A DNA stretch of 64,000 nucleotides from Promethearchaeota archaeon (GTDB lineage: Archaea; Asgardarchaeota; Lokiarchaeia; Sigyniarchaeales; SOKP01). Within the stretch, counting starts at the first letter, position 1, and the number at the start of each line of letters is the position of its first letter. This document shows positions 30,125-39,931 of the stretch, piece after piece. Location of the stretch: NCBI GenBank assembly GCA_019894975.1, contig JAGXNO010000010.1, positions 1-64,000 on the forward strand, read 5' to 3'. The notes beneath the pieces were generated by a model. It ran no database searches. It was not told the origin of the DNA and saw nothing but the letters and a program-made list of their open reading frames with translations. Position numbers and translations under genes: made by a program.

Positions 30125-31420
30125 ATGCCAAAATCAGATTACTTCATCGGAGAAGCCTTAATTGGAGAAGGCGCAGACCTCGCTCACATAGATTTGATAA
30201 TTGGTTCAAAAGATGGACCTGTAGGCATTTCTTTTGCTAATGCACTAAGCAACCCCTCAAAGGGTCATGGCGGTCTACTCGGAGCTATTCGCCCGAATTT
30301 AATAACTCGCCCTTATACAATCATTATTCCCAAAGTCACAGTTGGCGATCTGGAAGATGCTAATAAGATCTTTGGTCCTGCCCAAGCAGCAGTTGCGAAA
30401 GGTATTGCCGATGCCGTTGAAGAAGGCTTAATTCCTTTAAATAAAGTGGATGAATGGCTAATAATTGTTAGTGTGTTTATCCATCCTGCAGCTAAGGATT
30501 ATCGAAAAATTTATCAGTATAATTATGGCGCAACAAAATTAGCTATTCAGAGAGCCATAAAATCATATCCTCCAATTGAAAAGATATTTTATGATAAAGA
30601 TCGCGCTAAACACCCTGTTGCAGGGATACGTGTACCTAGACTCTGGCGTCCACCATACGTACAAGTAGCGTTAGACGCCCCGAATATAGAAAAGCAAATT
30701 AAAGTTGTAAAGCAACTACCAAAGAGTGATCGTATCATAATAGAAATCGGAACACCATTTCTTAAGAAATACGGGGTTGAATCGATTAAACAAATCCGAG
30801 AGGTTGCAAAAGAAAAATTCATCGTCGCTGATTTGAAAACATTGGATGTTGGTAAACTGGAAGTTGATTTTGCCTTTGATGCAACTGCTGACGCTGTTGT
30901 AGCAAGTGGTTTAGCTGCGACTGCCTCACTTGATAAGTTTATCCTAGAAGCACAACGAATGGGTATTCATGCTTTTGTTGATACAATGGAAGTTCAAAAT
31001 CCTATTGAGAAGTTAAGATCCCTAAAGCAAATTCCTGATGTCGTCATATTACACAGGGCAATAGATGTTGAGCAATCTGCAGCAGGAGATATATCGCATG
31101 ACGCAGCTCAAAAAGCCCGTTGGGGTTTAGTTCCAAAAATAAAAGAATTATATGCTAGTCAAAAGAAAGCTTCAGGAAAAGATAGAGTACTGGTCGCTGT
31201 TGCTGGAGGTATTGAGCCAAGAACTGCAACATATGCTTTAGAACAAGGTGCCGATATATTAATTGTAGGGAGATTCATTGCTTCTGCTAAAGATGTGGAG
31301 TTTGCAATGAGAAGAATACTTAATGTACTACCTGGTTATCAAGATATCGACTTAAAGAGAATCCACTCTGAAGATGATGATAACTCTGTGGAAAAAAGTG
31401 GCGGTCCCAAATGGGATTAA
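30125..31420 (+). CDS. fae-hps: Bifunctional formaldehyde-activating enzyme / 3-hexulose-6-phosphate synthase
   Basis: GEALIG..AHIDLIIG..FGPAQAAVAK..YNYGATK (Fae); QVALD, EIGTP, ADLKTLDVG, LHRAID, VAGGI (Hps). Confidence 0.94.
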   Translation: MPKSDYFIGEALIGEGADLAHIDLIIGSKDGPVGISFANALSNPSKGHGGLLGAIRPNLITRPYTIIIPKVTVGDLEDANKIFGPAQAAVAKGIADAVEEGLIPLNKVDEWLIIVSVFIHPAAKDYRKIYQYNYGATKLAIQRAIKSYPPIEKIFYDKDRAKHPVAGIRVPRLWRPPYVQVALDAPNIEKQIKVVKQLPKSDRIIIEIGTPFLKKYGVESIKQIREVAKEKFIVADLKTLDVGKLEVDFAFDATADAVVASGLAATASLDKFILEAQRMGIHAFVDTMEVQNPIEKLRSLKQIPDVVILHRAIDVEQSAAGDISHDAAQKARWGLVPKIKELYASQKKASGKDRVLVAVAGGIEPRTATYALEQGADILIVGRFIASAKDVEFAMRRILNVLPGYQDIDLKRIHSEDDDNSVEKSGGPKWD

Positions 31421-31552
31421 CTATTGAAGAAATTTCATAAGCCTTAATTTTTTTTAGATCTCTGTTTTTCTTTTGTATATTAATTCCTAACATAATTTAA
31501 ATTACTTCTAGTATATTTTAGTATAGTACATTAATATATTAGAGATTGATTT

Positions 31553-32113
31553 ATGGTTCAACACGATAAGGGAAGTGAAGCAGAAACTCTACCAAGACCT
31601 GGTTCAGCTCTCTATAATTTGAATCATCCTGATGAAAAAATAAAGGAAAAAACACTAAAAAAATATAAAAGGGTAAATAAGTTCTTAGTTCTTCCTTTAT
31701 ATAGACTAAAAATTTTACCACTTCTTGGATTTGGCAGGGTTTTTCTGATTTTAATAACAAAAGGGAGAATTTCTGGTAAAAAAAGAAGGACTCCTTTAGA
31801 GTACCATCGAATTGAGGGGATTATAACTATCTTTTCTGGAAGGGGGGAAGACTCTGGTTGGATGAAAAACATACGTGCTGCCTCTGAGTCGGTATGGGTT
31901 AAGCATGGTTTTCATTCATTTCATGCAAAAGTAGATTTTATACAAGATGAATCTGAAAAACTTAAAATTGTTAAATGGTATGTTAATAATCATAGTAAAT
32001 CCGCAAAGATGCTATTTGGTTGGAATCCCAAGAAAGATAATCCTGAAATTACGGATTTTTCTGAATTTTTGAAAATGATTTCAATTATCCGTCTTATTCC
32101 TAAAGAGAATTAA
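31553..32113 (+). CDS. Deazaflavin (F420)-dependent nitroreductase family protein (DUF385)
   Basis: LITKGRISGKKRRTPL...SGWMKNIRA. Confidence 0.8.
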   Translation: MVQHDKGSEAETLPRPGSALYNLNHPDEKIKEKTLKKYKRVNKFLVLPLYRLKILPLLGFGRVFLILITKGRISGKKRRTPLEYHRIEGIITIFSGRGEDSGWMKNIRAASESVWVKHGFHSFHAKVDFIQDESEKLKIVKWYVNNHSKSAKMLFGWNPKKDNPEITDFSEFLKMISIIRLIPKEN

Positions 32114-32118
32114 GAGAA

Positions 32119-33372
32119 TTATTTTTGCTTTTCTAATTTGAAAATTTTATCATTTTTTTTGACAGGTCTATCAACTGTTATTCCAATAGTCATCCTTTCC
32201 TTACTAGATGTGATGACTGGTGTTTCTGTTAGATTTCTTTTTTGTTTAATTTGAATAGATTTGACTTCTTGTCTCAGGTATGTGTCGGTATGAGTGCCAA
32301 TAATAAAGATTTCATCCTTTAACTTAAGATTTCCTGCCGTAAGTAAAATTTTGGCAGCTTTCTTTTCTGGGAAATAGTTCAAAACCTTACCTATCTCAAT
32401 TTTTTTATAGTTTGAAATGTTGCCATCAAATTCTCTTTGTATTTCTCTGCCCGTTGGTAATCCAAAATAAAATCCTGTGGAGAACCCGCGATTGTATACC
32501 TTATTCAACCTTTTAAGCCAATCTTTTACTTTATCTTGTGTGAAAGTATTTTCATAAAATGAATTAATTGCTTCACTGTAGCAAGAAGCTACCTCTTCAA
32601 CGTATATTGGATCTCTCATCCGACCTTCAATTTTAAAAGCGTCAATTTTTGCATTAATTAATTTTGGGATATGCTCAATCATACAGAGATCTTTTGCATT
32701 GATAAAAAAAACTCCATCATAGAGCAGTTCGTTACTTTGATCATCATATACTCGCCATCTTCTTCTGCATGGTTGAACACACTTCCCTCTATTTGCAGAA
32801 TAATCCTGAGATTGACAGAGTTCAGCAGAAAAGTAACATCGCCCCGATATTGATGTGCATTGCGCCCCATGAACAAAAGTTTCAATTTCTACTTTACTTA
32901 CCTTATTTTTAATTTCTTTAATTTGTTCTAATGATAGCTCCCTTGCAAGAATTAATCTTTGTGCTCCTAATGATTCATAGAATAATGCCGTACGAGAATT
33001 TGAAATATTAGCTTGAGTAGAAATATGGAAATTTAAACCCTTTTCTTTTACTAACTGGATTGCACTAATATCATGAATGATAACCGCGTCAATTTCTGCC
33101 TCTACAGCTTTATCCAGTATTTGCTCTAAAAGAGATAATTCATTTTCATATATCACTATATTAGTTGTCAAATAGGCGCGAATATTATTACTGTGACATG
33201 TTTTCACTATGTTGTTTAAATCATCTAATTTAAAATTGTCACTGTACATTCTCATGTTAAGAGATTCAACACCAAAATAAACCGCATCAGTTTTTCCGAG
33301 TACAGCATTTAAAGATTTATAGTTTTTTAAAGGAGCCATTAATTCGACTTGTTTTCCATCCATATTTTTCAT
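32119..33372 (-). CDS. U32 family protein (TrhP/PrtC-like)
   Basis: ELMAP, DAVYFG, HISTQ, LARELS, HGAQCTSISGRC, NRGKCVQPCR, KIEGR. Confidence 0.92.
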   Translation of the reverse strand: MKNMDGKQVELMAPLKNYKSLNAVLGKTDAVYFGVESLNMRMYSDNFKLDDLNNIVKTCHSNNIRAYLTTNIVIYENELSLLEQILDKAVEAEIDAVIIHDISAIQLVKEKGLNFHISTQANISNSRTALFYESLGAQRLILARELSLEQIKEIKNKVSKVEIETFVHGAQCTSISGRCYFSAELCQSQDYSANRGKCVQPCRRRWRVYDDQSNELLYDGVFFINAKDLCMIEHIPKLINAKIDAFKIEGRMRDPIYVEEVASCYSEAINSFYENTFTQDKVKDWLKRLNKVYNRGFSTGFYFGLPTGREIQREFDGNISNYKKIEIGKVLNYFPEKKAAKILLTAGNLKLKDEIFIIGTHTDTYLRQEVKSIQIKQKRNLTETPVITSSKERMTIGITVDRPVKKNDKIFKLEKQK

Positions 33373-33593
33373 GATATATTTCTTTCAAAAGAATTTAATT
33401 TGAGACTTTTCTTAATGAAACTAGTATATCATAATCTAAATATTTACTATTTTCAAAATTAAAACTTCTAATAATGGAGAAAACAAAATGAAATTGGTTT
33501 TTTTTGAAAATTTTACATTATTGGAAGAGGTTTTATGACTTTTTTAATCCTATCTTTAATAAGATTTTTATCTATTGACAAATTAAATCAAAC

Positions 33594-33612
33594 ATTAAAG
33601 TTCTACTTTAAT
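33594..33612. promoter_or_regulatory. Palindrome ATTAAAG-N5-CTTTAAT (identical copy at 34028-34046), candidate operator
   Basis: Perfect 7-bp inverted repeat retained in both duplicated promoters. Confidence 0.5.
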
Positions 33613-33641
33613 ATATATGACAAATAAGGAGATTGTTAAAT

Positions 33642-33869
33642 ATGCCAGATAAATATAATATCGAAATGACCTTAGGAGATCTTTTAGAAGATGAAGTTTC
33701 TGGAAAATTCCTAAGAGAAAATTTAAAACAACTCGTTGAGAGTCCTCAAGCTCAAATGGCTATGGGCTTTTCATTACGTCAAATTCAAGAATATGCCGAG
33801 CAAATGGCTCCAGGAACATTTACAAAGGAGCAGCTTGAAGAACTTGATAAGTCGTTAAAAGCACTATAA
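33642..33869 (+). CDS. Small acidic helical protein, copy 1
   Basis: MPDKYNIEMTLGDLLED...MGFSLRQIQEYAEQM; AAGGAG upstream; near-identical paralog follows. Confidence 0.8.
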   Translation: MPDKYNIEMTLGDLLEDEVSGKFLRENLKQLVESPQAQMAMGFSLRQIQEYAEQMAPGTFTKEQLEELDKSLKAL

Positions 33870-34072
33870 GATAGTGTATAATTATTCCTAATTTTCAATT
33901 TTTTTTTCACTTTTCTTATTCAAATTCAAGATAAAAACAAGTAAATTACTTTACTGGAAGAGGATTTAAGATTTTTTTTGATCCTATCATTAAAAAGATT
34001 TTTATCTATTAACAAATTAAATCAAACATTAAAGTTCTACTTTAATAGTTGACAAATAAGGAGATTGTTAAT

Positions 34073-34306
34073 ATGCCAGATAAATATAGTGTTGAAATGA
34101 CCTTAGGGGACCTTTTAGAAGATCCAGTTACTGAAAAATTCTTAAAAAGTCTTCCAGGAATGGCACAAATGATTGAAAGTCCACAAGCTCAAATGGCTAT
34201 GGGCTTTTCATTGCGTCAAATTCAAGAATATGCCGAGCAAATGTCCCCAGGACAATTTACTAAGGAGCAACTTGAAGAAATGGACAAAGGTTTAAAGGCT
34301 TTGTAA
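34073..34306 (+). CDS. Small acidic helical protein, copy 2
   Basis: MPDKYSVEMTLGDLLED...MGFSLRQIQEYAEQM; same upstream context. Confidence 0.8.
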   Translation: MPDKYSVEMTLGDLLEDPVTEKFLKSLPGMAQMIESPQAQMAMGFSLRQIQEYAEQMSPGQFTKEQLEEMDKGLKAL

Positions 34307-34857
34307 ATACAAGGACACTTCTAAAATTATTTCTAATTTTTTTTTTATTCATTTAATTTACTAATTAAATATCTCTATAGAACATTCTAAAACAGACCTT
34401 CGAAGTACACACTTATGGCAAGCTTAGTACATATTTTTATGATTAACCTCCTTCCTCTCCGGTCTTCAAACCTATTTACCCATTTCTTATATTTTGTCAT
34501 CCTTCTATCGTATTTCTGTTTGATAGGTTGTGTATTTTTCTTTCCCTTTTTATTTGCGTCATCATCACTAAGAGAAGGATTGAATCTTCTCATTATAATC
34601 TTCCATGATAGTAATAAAACTAACCTAAAAGAAGCGGATAGAAAAAAGCGACTTATTTCTAAAGAGAAAAATATAATTTTAATAAAGATCTGGGAGAATG
34701 TGAAGAAAACTAATTGGTTAAATGAAGTTATTAGGCAGATTGAAGAACAGACCGGTACAAGATTAACTCAGGAACAATTCCCTAAGTTTAGAAACTATCT
34801 TGGTAATTTAACTTCCAAGACTTAATTTTTTATACTTAAAATTATTTTGTTACTACA

Positions 34858-35478
34858 ATGAGCAGGAAATATCTCATTTGTCATCAGAAACAAAAGAAAT
34901 GTCCCTTTAGAATTCTTGATATACAATTAGATGTCTTTGGTTGTAATTTTTATAAGCAATATTGGCAAGTTTTTAATGAAGGAAACTCTTTTGGTGCAAA
35001 AGTTTTAGTTAATCGGGCCTGCGAATGGATAAAAAAAGAAGAGAGACGACTAGATTTCATTAGTAAGGGTGCTAGTAAAGAAACTATCAAGATGTTAGAA
35101 AATTTAGAGGTCGGGGACATGTTATTTTGGACAAACCGTGTAATATATGTAACACTGCTTGAGAAGCCAACCGAAATTAGTCAAATTGCACGACTCAAAT
35201 GTCGGAAATCTGATGGTAAAGTAATCGAAATTCCAGCATATAATCTCTGTAAAATCTCAAGTGGGACATTCTATGGGGAATACTTCATTGAGGGTGTCAG
35301 GAAAGAGAAAAAAGTACAAGAGCTTGAGTATAAAACAAATTTGTACGGATTTAGGACTGAGATTGAGAGAAGGGAAGATGGATATCTACTAAAAATCTAT
35401 GGGGATTCACAACGAGAAGTTGATGATTTTATATCCCTCTCTTTAGAACAAGATTTTGATATTTCTCCCTATATTTGA
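34858..35478 (+). CDS. Hypothetical protein
   Basis: 206-aa ORF with Cys-containing N-terminus; no family recognised. Confidence 0.65.
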   Translation: MSRKYLICHQKQKKCPFRILDIQLDVFGCNFYKQYWQVFNEGNSFGAKVLVNRACEWIKKEERRLDFISKGASKETIKMLENLEVGDMLFWTNRVIYVTLLEKPTEISQIARLKCRKSDGKVIEIPAYNLCKISSGTFYGEYFIEGVRKEKKVQELEYKTNLYGFRTEIERREDGYLLKIYGDSQREVDDFISLSLEQDFDISPYI

Positions 35479-35606
35479 ATTTGCACTTCTATAGAAAAAG
35501 TAAAAGAAAAGGCAAAAAAAAATATTTATAATATCTTGTGCTAGCTGATATAAACTCGTCTCTCTTCTTCGCATTCTTGTTTTTCGCTTATGGATTCTGC
35601 CAGAAA

Positions 35607-37862
35607 CTACTTTATGGGGCGACTATTAGCTTGAAATATAGGACCGATAAACTGGGAATATAAAACACTGTACGCAGTTTGATTAGATACGACAGCAATC
35701 ATTTCCGATTCTTTAGCAGAATGTGGACATAATATTACCTCTTCAGCATCACGAGTTAAGGCATAAAAATCTGCTGGTGTCTGTAATTGTCGAAATTGTA
35801 TGTTTCCAAGCTGCTTCATTTTGTTAATTATCCCTCCATATTTTTGCAGGTCCCAGTGGCTCGTTAGCATGAATCTTGCCGCTTTCTTCTGGAAAGCGTA
35901 TTCAGAAACCACTTGAAGGATTTCAGGAACGACAACCGGAGTCACAATGATAATTGAAGATTTAACTCTATATATAGCATCTTTCATAACAGATATCATC
36001 GCTTCTCTTCCAACAACCTGCCATGTAGTAATTTCTGCTATTTCTGGGATTGAACTTGAAGCGTTATGAATATCATTTAGTTTGTCTTCATTATTTTCAC
36101 CAAGCTCAGTGGCATCATCGATGGAGTTCATGAATTGTAAAGTGAAATCAGCGATTGCATCCTTAACATTTTGAATAGTATCTCGAGCAGTGTTTGATAG
36201 ACTATTTTGAAGAGTCTTTGCATTTGTTTCATATTTAGTCTTGTGATCTGCGAGCATACTGGCCAAATTATTGTCCATATCTTTGGCTTCGGCATCCCAT
36301 AATCGGATTTCACCGTCAATTTTATCTGACGAGTCACGTTTTCCTTCTGTGAATTTAGTTCCTACTTCTCGTAACCAGTTTTCCTTAATGCTTTTAACTT
36401 CAGTATCGAAATTTGTATAATGACGTAAACTGTTGTCTTTATGGATATTAATTGCATCATCGTGTTGTTTGTGATGTTGCTTTAGTGAATTCTCTAACGA
36501 GTCTTTTAATTTTAAGTTGGTATCGGAACAATCTTTAACACCCGTTTGTAGTGTATCATCCACTTCACCAGCTAAATCAGTAGCTAAATTTTCTAGTTGG
36601 GCATCTATAGTTTCTTTCGCTTTAAAATCAAGATCATTAGTTTCGTTTGCTAATCCATTATTTTCATTTACCATAATATCTGTTACATCAGCTTTAATCT
36701 GATCAGTGGTTCCTCGAGTGTTAGTAATATAATTATCACTTGTTTTGGAAAAATCTTCTTTCATGGGTTTCGTATATACTAAAATATTCTGAATGGTTGT
36801 TTCATGTCTTGCTTTATATTTCTTTTTCTTACCCATCCAGAGAAATCCTTTTTTAGCGATATCTTCAGAAAAGTCAGTAAACCTGTTAGCATGTTCGAGT
36901 AAGTTATCAATTAGAGTTAGAGTCATGCTTTTAAAATCATTAGTTTGATCTGTTAATATTCGATGTCTATCATCAACTGTAGCTTTTAAACTGGTTTGGA
37001 GAGTATCGGTAGTGTTTTTCACATGGTTCAATTGCTCTTTTAATACACTTGAAATCCTTTCTTTTAGATCTGAGACTACTCTATCCATACGTTCAAGATA
37101 TTTTTCTAAAATTTGCTCCATTCTAGGTTTAAGCTGATTAGCAGTAGTTTTATGTCTTTCTACATGTTCATCTAAATCTCTTTTAAGCTCTTTATCCAAA
37201 TCTTCAACTCTCGTTGAAAAATCATTTAATAAATTTGCAATTATTGTAGTTAAATTATCTTTAGTGCTATTTATTTCAGTTTCGTACTTGTTAATGTGGG
37301 TGGTTGAAATGTCGGTTACATTTGAATTTAAGGCATCCATAATTGAGTGTAGGTTGCTTTCAAGCGCTTTACTAGTTTCTGAAAAACGAATTGTTGCCTT
37401 ATCAATTGTATTTTTTTTAGTGGAGTTTTTTGAATCAGAATCTTCAAAAAAACTCTTAATCTGAGAGTCAACAGCGTGTTCTACTTCTCCTATACTTTTA
37501 TTCTGAATATCTTCAAGCTTTTCAAAACGATTTGATTGATCGGCCAAGATCGAATCTTTGATTTTGGCAATTTCATTTCTAAATACATCTGATTCATTAG
37601 TAAATAATTCGAAAAAAGGTTCTAAGGGAATAAATCTTGGTACAATTCCTTCTATTCTCTTTAAGAAATTCTTCTCCACTAACCAATCCGTAATTTCTGA
37701 AACAGTTTCGTAGGCTAAGTCTGCTTTTTCTACAGCTAAAGTCATAAATACTTCTGACATCGATGCGCGGGGAACTCTTAAATATGCTAAATACACATTT
37801 ATATGCTCTTCGCTAAATCCATATCGAGTAAATACTTCTTTAGTGAATTCTTTTAATGACAT
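35607..37862 (-). CDS. TrmB-like wHTH + long helical/coiled-coil region + TrmB/PLD-like C-terminal domain
   Basis: YGFSEEHINVYLAYL...LVEKNFLKRIEGIVPRFIPLEP; ~500-aa amphipathic region; VVGREAMISVMKDAIYRVKSSIIIVTP...TRDAEEVIL. Confidence 0.7.
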   Translation of the reverse strand: MSLKEFTKEVFTRYGFSEEHINVYLAYLRVPRASMSEVFMTLAVEKADLAYETVSEITDWLVEKNFLKRIEGIVPRFIPLEPFFELFTNESDVFRNEIAKIKDSILADQSNRFEKLEDIQNKSIGEVEHAVDSQIKSFFEDSDSKNSTKKNTIDKATIRFSETSKALESNLHSIMDALNSNVTDISTTHINKYETEINSTKDNLTTIIANLLNDFSTRVEDLDKELKRDLDEHVERHKTTANQLKPRMEQILEKYLERMDRVVSDLKERISSVLKEQLNHVKNTTDTLQTSLKATVDDRHRILTDQTNDFKSMTLTLIDNLLEHANRFTDFSEDIAKKGFLWMGKKKKYKARHETTIQNILVYTKPMKEDFSKTSDNYITNTRGTTDQIKADVTDIMVNENNGLANETNDLDFKAKETIDAQLENLATDLAGEVDDTLQTGVKDCSDTNLKLKDSLENSLKQHHKQHDDAINIHKDNSLRHYTNFDTEVKSIKENWLREVGTKFTEGKRDSSDKIDGEIRLWDAEAKDMDNNLASMLADHKTKYETNAKTLQNSLSNTARDTIQNVKDAIADFTLQFMNSIDDATELGENNEDKLNDIHNASSSIPEIAEITTWQVVGREAMISVMKDAIYRVKSSIIIVTPVVVPEILQVVSEYAFQKKAARFMLTSHWDLQKYGGIINKMKQLGNIQFRQLQTPADFYALTRDAEEVILCPHSAKESEMIAVVSNQTAYSVLYSQFIGPIFQANSRPIK

Positions 37863-38077
37863 AAATTTATCTCCATAATTGGTATAAAATTCAAATTAAA
37901 ATAATTTTAAGATGAATTCCTTATAAATATTTTAATTTGATTATCTTTAATAATATTTTCAAAATCATAATATAAAAACTTAGACTTCGATTTCTTAAAT
38001 TTAATCTAAAAGATGTATTAGAATCCTTCCAGATTTTTCCCTTAAAACCAAAAATATGGAGAATTACTCGTCAGTTC

Positions 38078-38578
38078 TTAAGTATCTTTTAAAATGATAC
38101 TTCTGGCATAATTAATTAGACCACCTTTAGATAAGATCTCTTCTATAAAAGAGGGCATCTTATTAACTTTAATTTCAACATCCTTAGAAAGATTCTTTAT
38201 CATCCCCTCATTAAATTTGATATCTATTTCATCGTCTGTGTTTATAAGCTCAATGTCAGAAAGCTCAATTATGGGGAGACCAATGTTTATCGCATTTCTA
38301 AGAAATATCCTTGCAAAAGAGGATGCAATTATACACTTAATTCCTGCAGATTTAAGGGCAATTGGTGCTTGCTCTCTACTTGAACCACATCCAAAATTCG
38401 ATCCCGCTACGATTATGGTATAATCGTGTTTATTTTTTTTCTCAATGAATTTTGCATCTAAATCTTCCATACAATGTTTAGCTAGATACTCAGGATCAGA
38501 AACCGTTAAGTATCTAGCAGGAATGATAAGGTCAGTATTTATATCCTTCATATCATATTTTATAACTTTTCCAATCAT
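38078..38578 (-). CDS. leuD: 3-isopropylmalate dehydratase small subunit (LeuD/HacB family)
   Basis: DINTDLIIPARYL, NFGCGSSREQA, SFARIFLRNAINIGL. Confidence 0.92.
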   Translation of the reverse strand: MIGKVIKYDMKDINTDLIIPARYLTVSDPEYLAKHCMEDLDAKFIEKKNKHDYTIIVAGSNFGCGSSREQAPIALKSAGIKCIIASSFARIFLRNAINIGLPIIELSDIELINTDDEIDIKFNEGMIKNLSKDVEIKVNKMPSFIEEILSKGGLINYARSIILKDT

Positions 38579-38588
38579 AAGATTCCCT

Positions 38589-39863
38589 CTATAAAGATTC
38601 TGGTGAAGTAATATACCCTTTTATGGCAGAGGCGGCAGCGATTGCAGGATTTGACAAATATATTTCACTTTCTGGATGTCCCATCCTACCAGTAAAGTTC
38701 CTATTTGTCGTCGATATCGCTTTTTCTCCAGCAGCTAGGATCCCCATGTGTCCTCCTAAACAAGGACCACAGGTAGGTGTTGAAAAAATTGCACCAGCGT
38801 CAATAAATATCTCAATTAATCCTTCCTTTAATGCTTGAAGATATATATTCTGAGTGCCTGGGATGACAATACATCTAACTTTGTGATGAATTTTTTGATT
38901 TTTCAAAATATTAGCAGCAATTCTTAAATCCTCTATACGACCATTTGTACAAGAACCTATTATTGATTGATCTATCTCCACCTTCATATTATCTACTTCT
39001 GAAATGGACTTGGAATTTTCAGGCAACGGAGGAAGTGCAACCTGGGGTTCTATATCTTTGCATTCAAATTCTATAATTTCACTATAACCAGCGTTTTTAT
39101 CACTCTCATAAATTTTATAATTAGTTTTTCCTACTTTTTCTAAGTAATCTCTCGTGATTTTATCAGGTGTTATAATTCCGTTCTTCGCTCCCGCTTCAAT
39201 TGCCATATTACACATTGTGAGTCTATTATCCATAGATAGGTTTTTAATAACATCTCCAGTAAACTCCATTGCTTTATAAGTCGCCCCATCAACTCCTATT
39301 TTGCCAATTGTATATAAAATTAAATCCTTTCCCGAAACCCATTTGTTCAAACTCCCAGAATAAACAAATTTTATCGATTCAGGTATTTTAAACCAGCACT
39401 TTCCTAATGCCATTGCAACACCCAAATCTGTGGAACCTACTCCAGTTGAAAAAGCACCAAGAGCCCCATAAGTGCAAGTATGAGAATCTGCACCAACAAA
39501 AGCCTCTCCAGGTCCTACCAAACCTTGTTCAGGTATGAGACAATGTTCAATTCCACCACGACCTACTTCAAAGTAATTCGAGATGTCATATTTGTAAGCA
39601 AACTCTCTAAGTGTTTCACATTGTTTTGCTGAGGCAATATCTTTATTTGGTGTAAAATGATCAGGAGTTAAAATTATCTTAGTTTTATCAAAGAGACTTT
39701 TATTTGATCCTTCAATCACTTTTTCAAACACTTCAATTGCAATAGGGGCTGTAATATCGTTAGCTAAGCATTTATCTATCTTGGCTAATATAAAATCTCC
39801 AGCAGTAGCAGACTTGTTTTCACAATGATCTCTTAAAATTTTCTCGGTTATTGTTAAGGCTAT
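38589..39863 (-). CDS. leuC: 3-isopropylmalate dehydratase large subunit (extended to probable ATA start)
   Basis: Upstream frame (I)[12 protein letters not shown]...NDITAPIAI; [35 protein letters not shown]. Confidence 0.92.
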   Translation of the reverse strand: MALTITEKILRDHCENKSATAGDFILAKIDKCLANDITAPIAIEVFEKVIEGSNKSLFDKTKIILTPDHFTPNKDIASAKQCETLREFAYKYDISNYFEVGRGGIEHCLIPEQGLVGPGEAFVGADSHTCTYGALGAFSTGVGSTDLGVAMALGKCWFKIPESIKFVYSGSLNKWVSGKDLILYTIGKIGVDGATYKAMEFTGDVIKNLSMDNRLTMCNMAIEAGAKNGIITPDKITRDYLEKVGKTNYKIYESDKNAGYSEIIEFECKDIEPQVALPPLPENSKSISEVDNMKVEIDQSIIGSCTNGRIEDLRIAANILKNQKIHHKVRCIVIPGTQNIYLQALKEGLIEIFIDAGAIFSTPTCGPCLGGHMGILAAGEKAISTTNRNFTGRMGHPESEIYLSNPAIAAASAIKGYITSPESL

Positions 39864-39931
39864 GGGTATCTCCCCTTTTCAACACTCAAATTCTACCTAA
39901 TGATTAACTTATAAGAATACAAGAGTGTTTA

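Larger units (their letters stand above)
33513..34306 (+). repeat. Imperfect tandem duplication (period ~434 bp) of promoter plus small gene
   Basis: Shared blocks such as TGGAAGAGG, AAGATTTTTATCTATT, ACAAATTAAATCAAACATTAAAGTTCTACTTTAATA, GACAAATAAGGAGATTGTTAA. Confidence 0.92.

Noticed and set aside
30125-32113. fae-hps next to an F420-dependent reductase as a novel C1 module
   Set aside because: The Fae-Hps fusion is well known, and an oligo-T tract separates the two genes.
33513-34306. Repeat considered as a CRISPR array or mobile element
   Set aside because: Only two long degenerate units, each containing a gene; no spacers, terminal repeats or transposase.
34415-34825. 136-aa plus-strand ORF
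   Set aside because: The hydrophobic half is the antisense of a Lys/Arg-rich frame; likely a shadow ORF.
35540-35609. 21 open codons in frame after the TAG of the TrmB-like gene (possible read-through or pyrrolysine)
   Set aside because: The protein ends at a plausible C-terminus, no pyl genes are in view, and a short open run can occur by chance.
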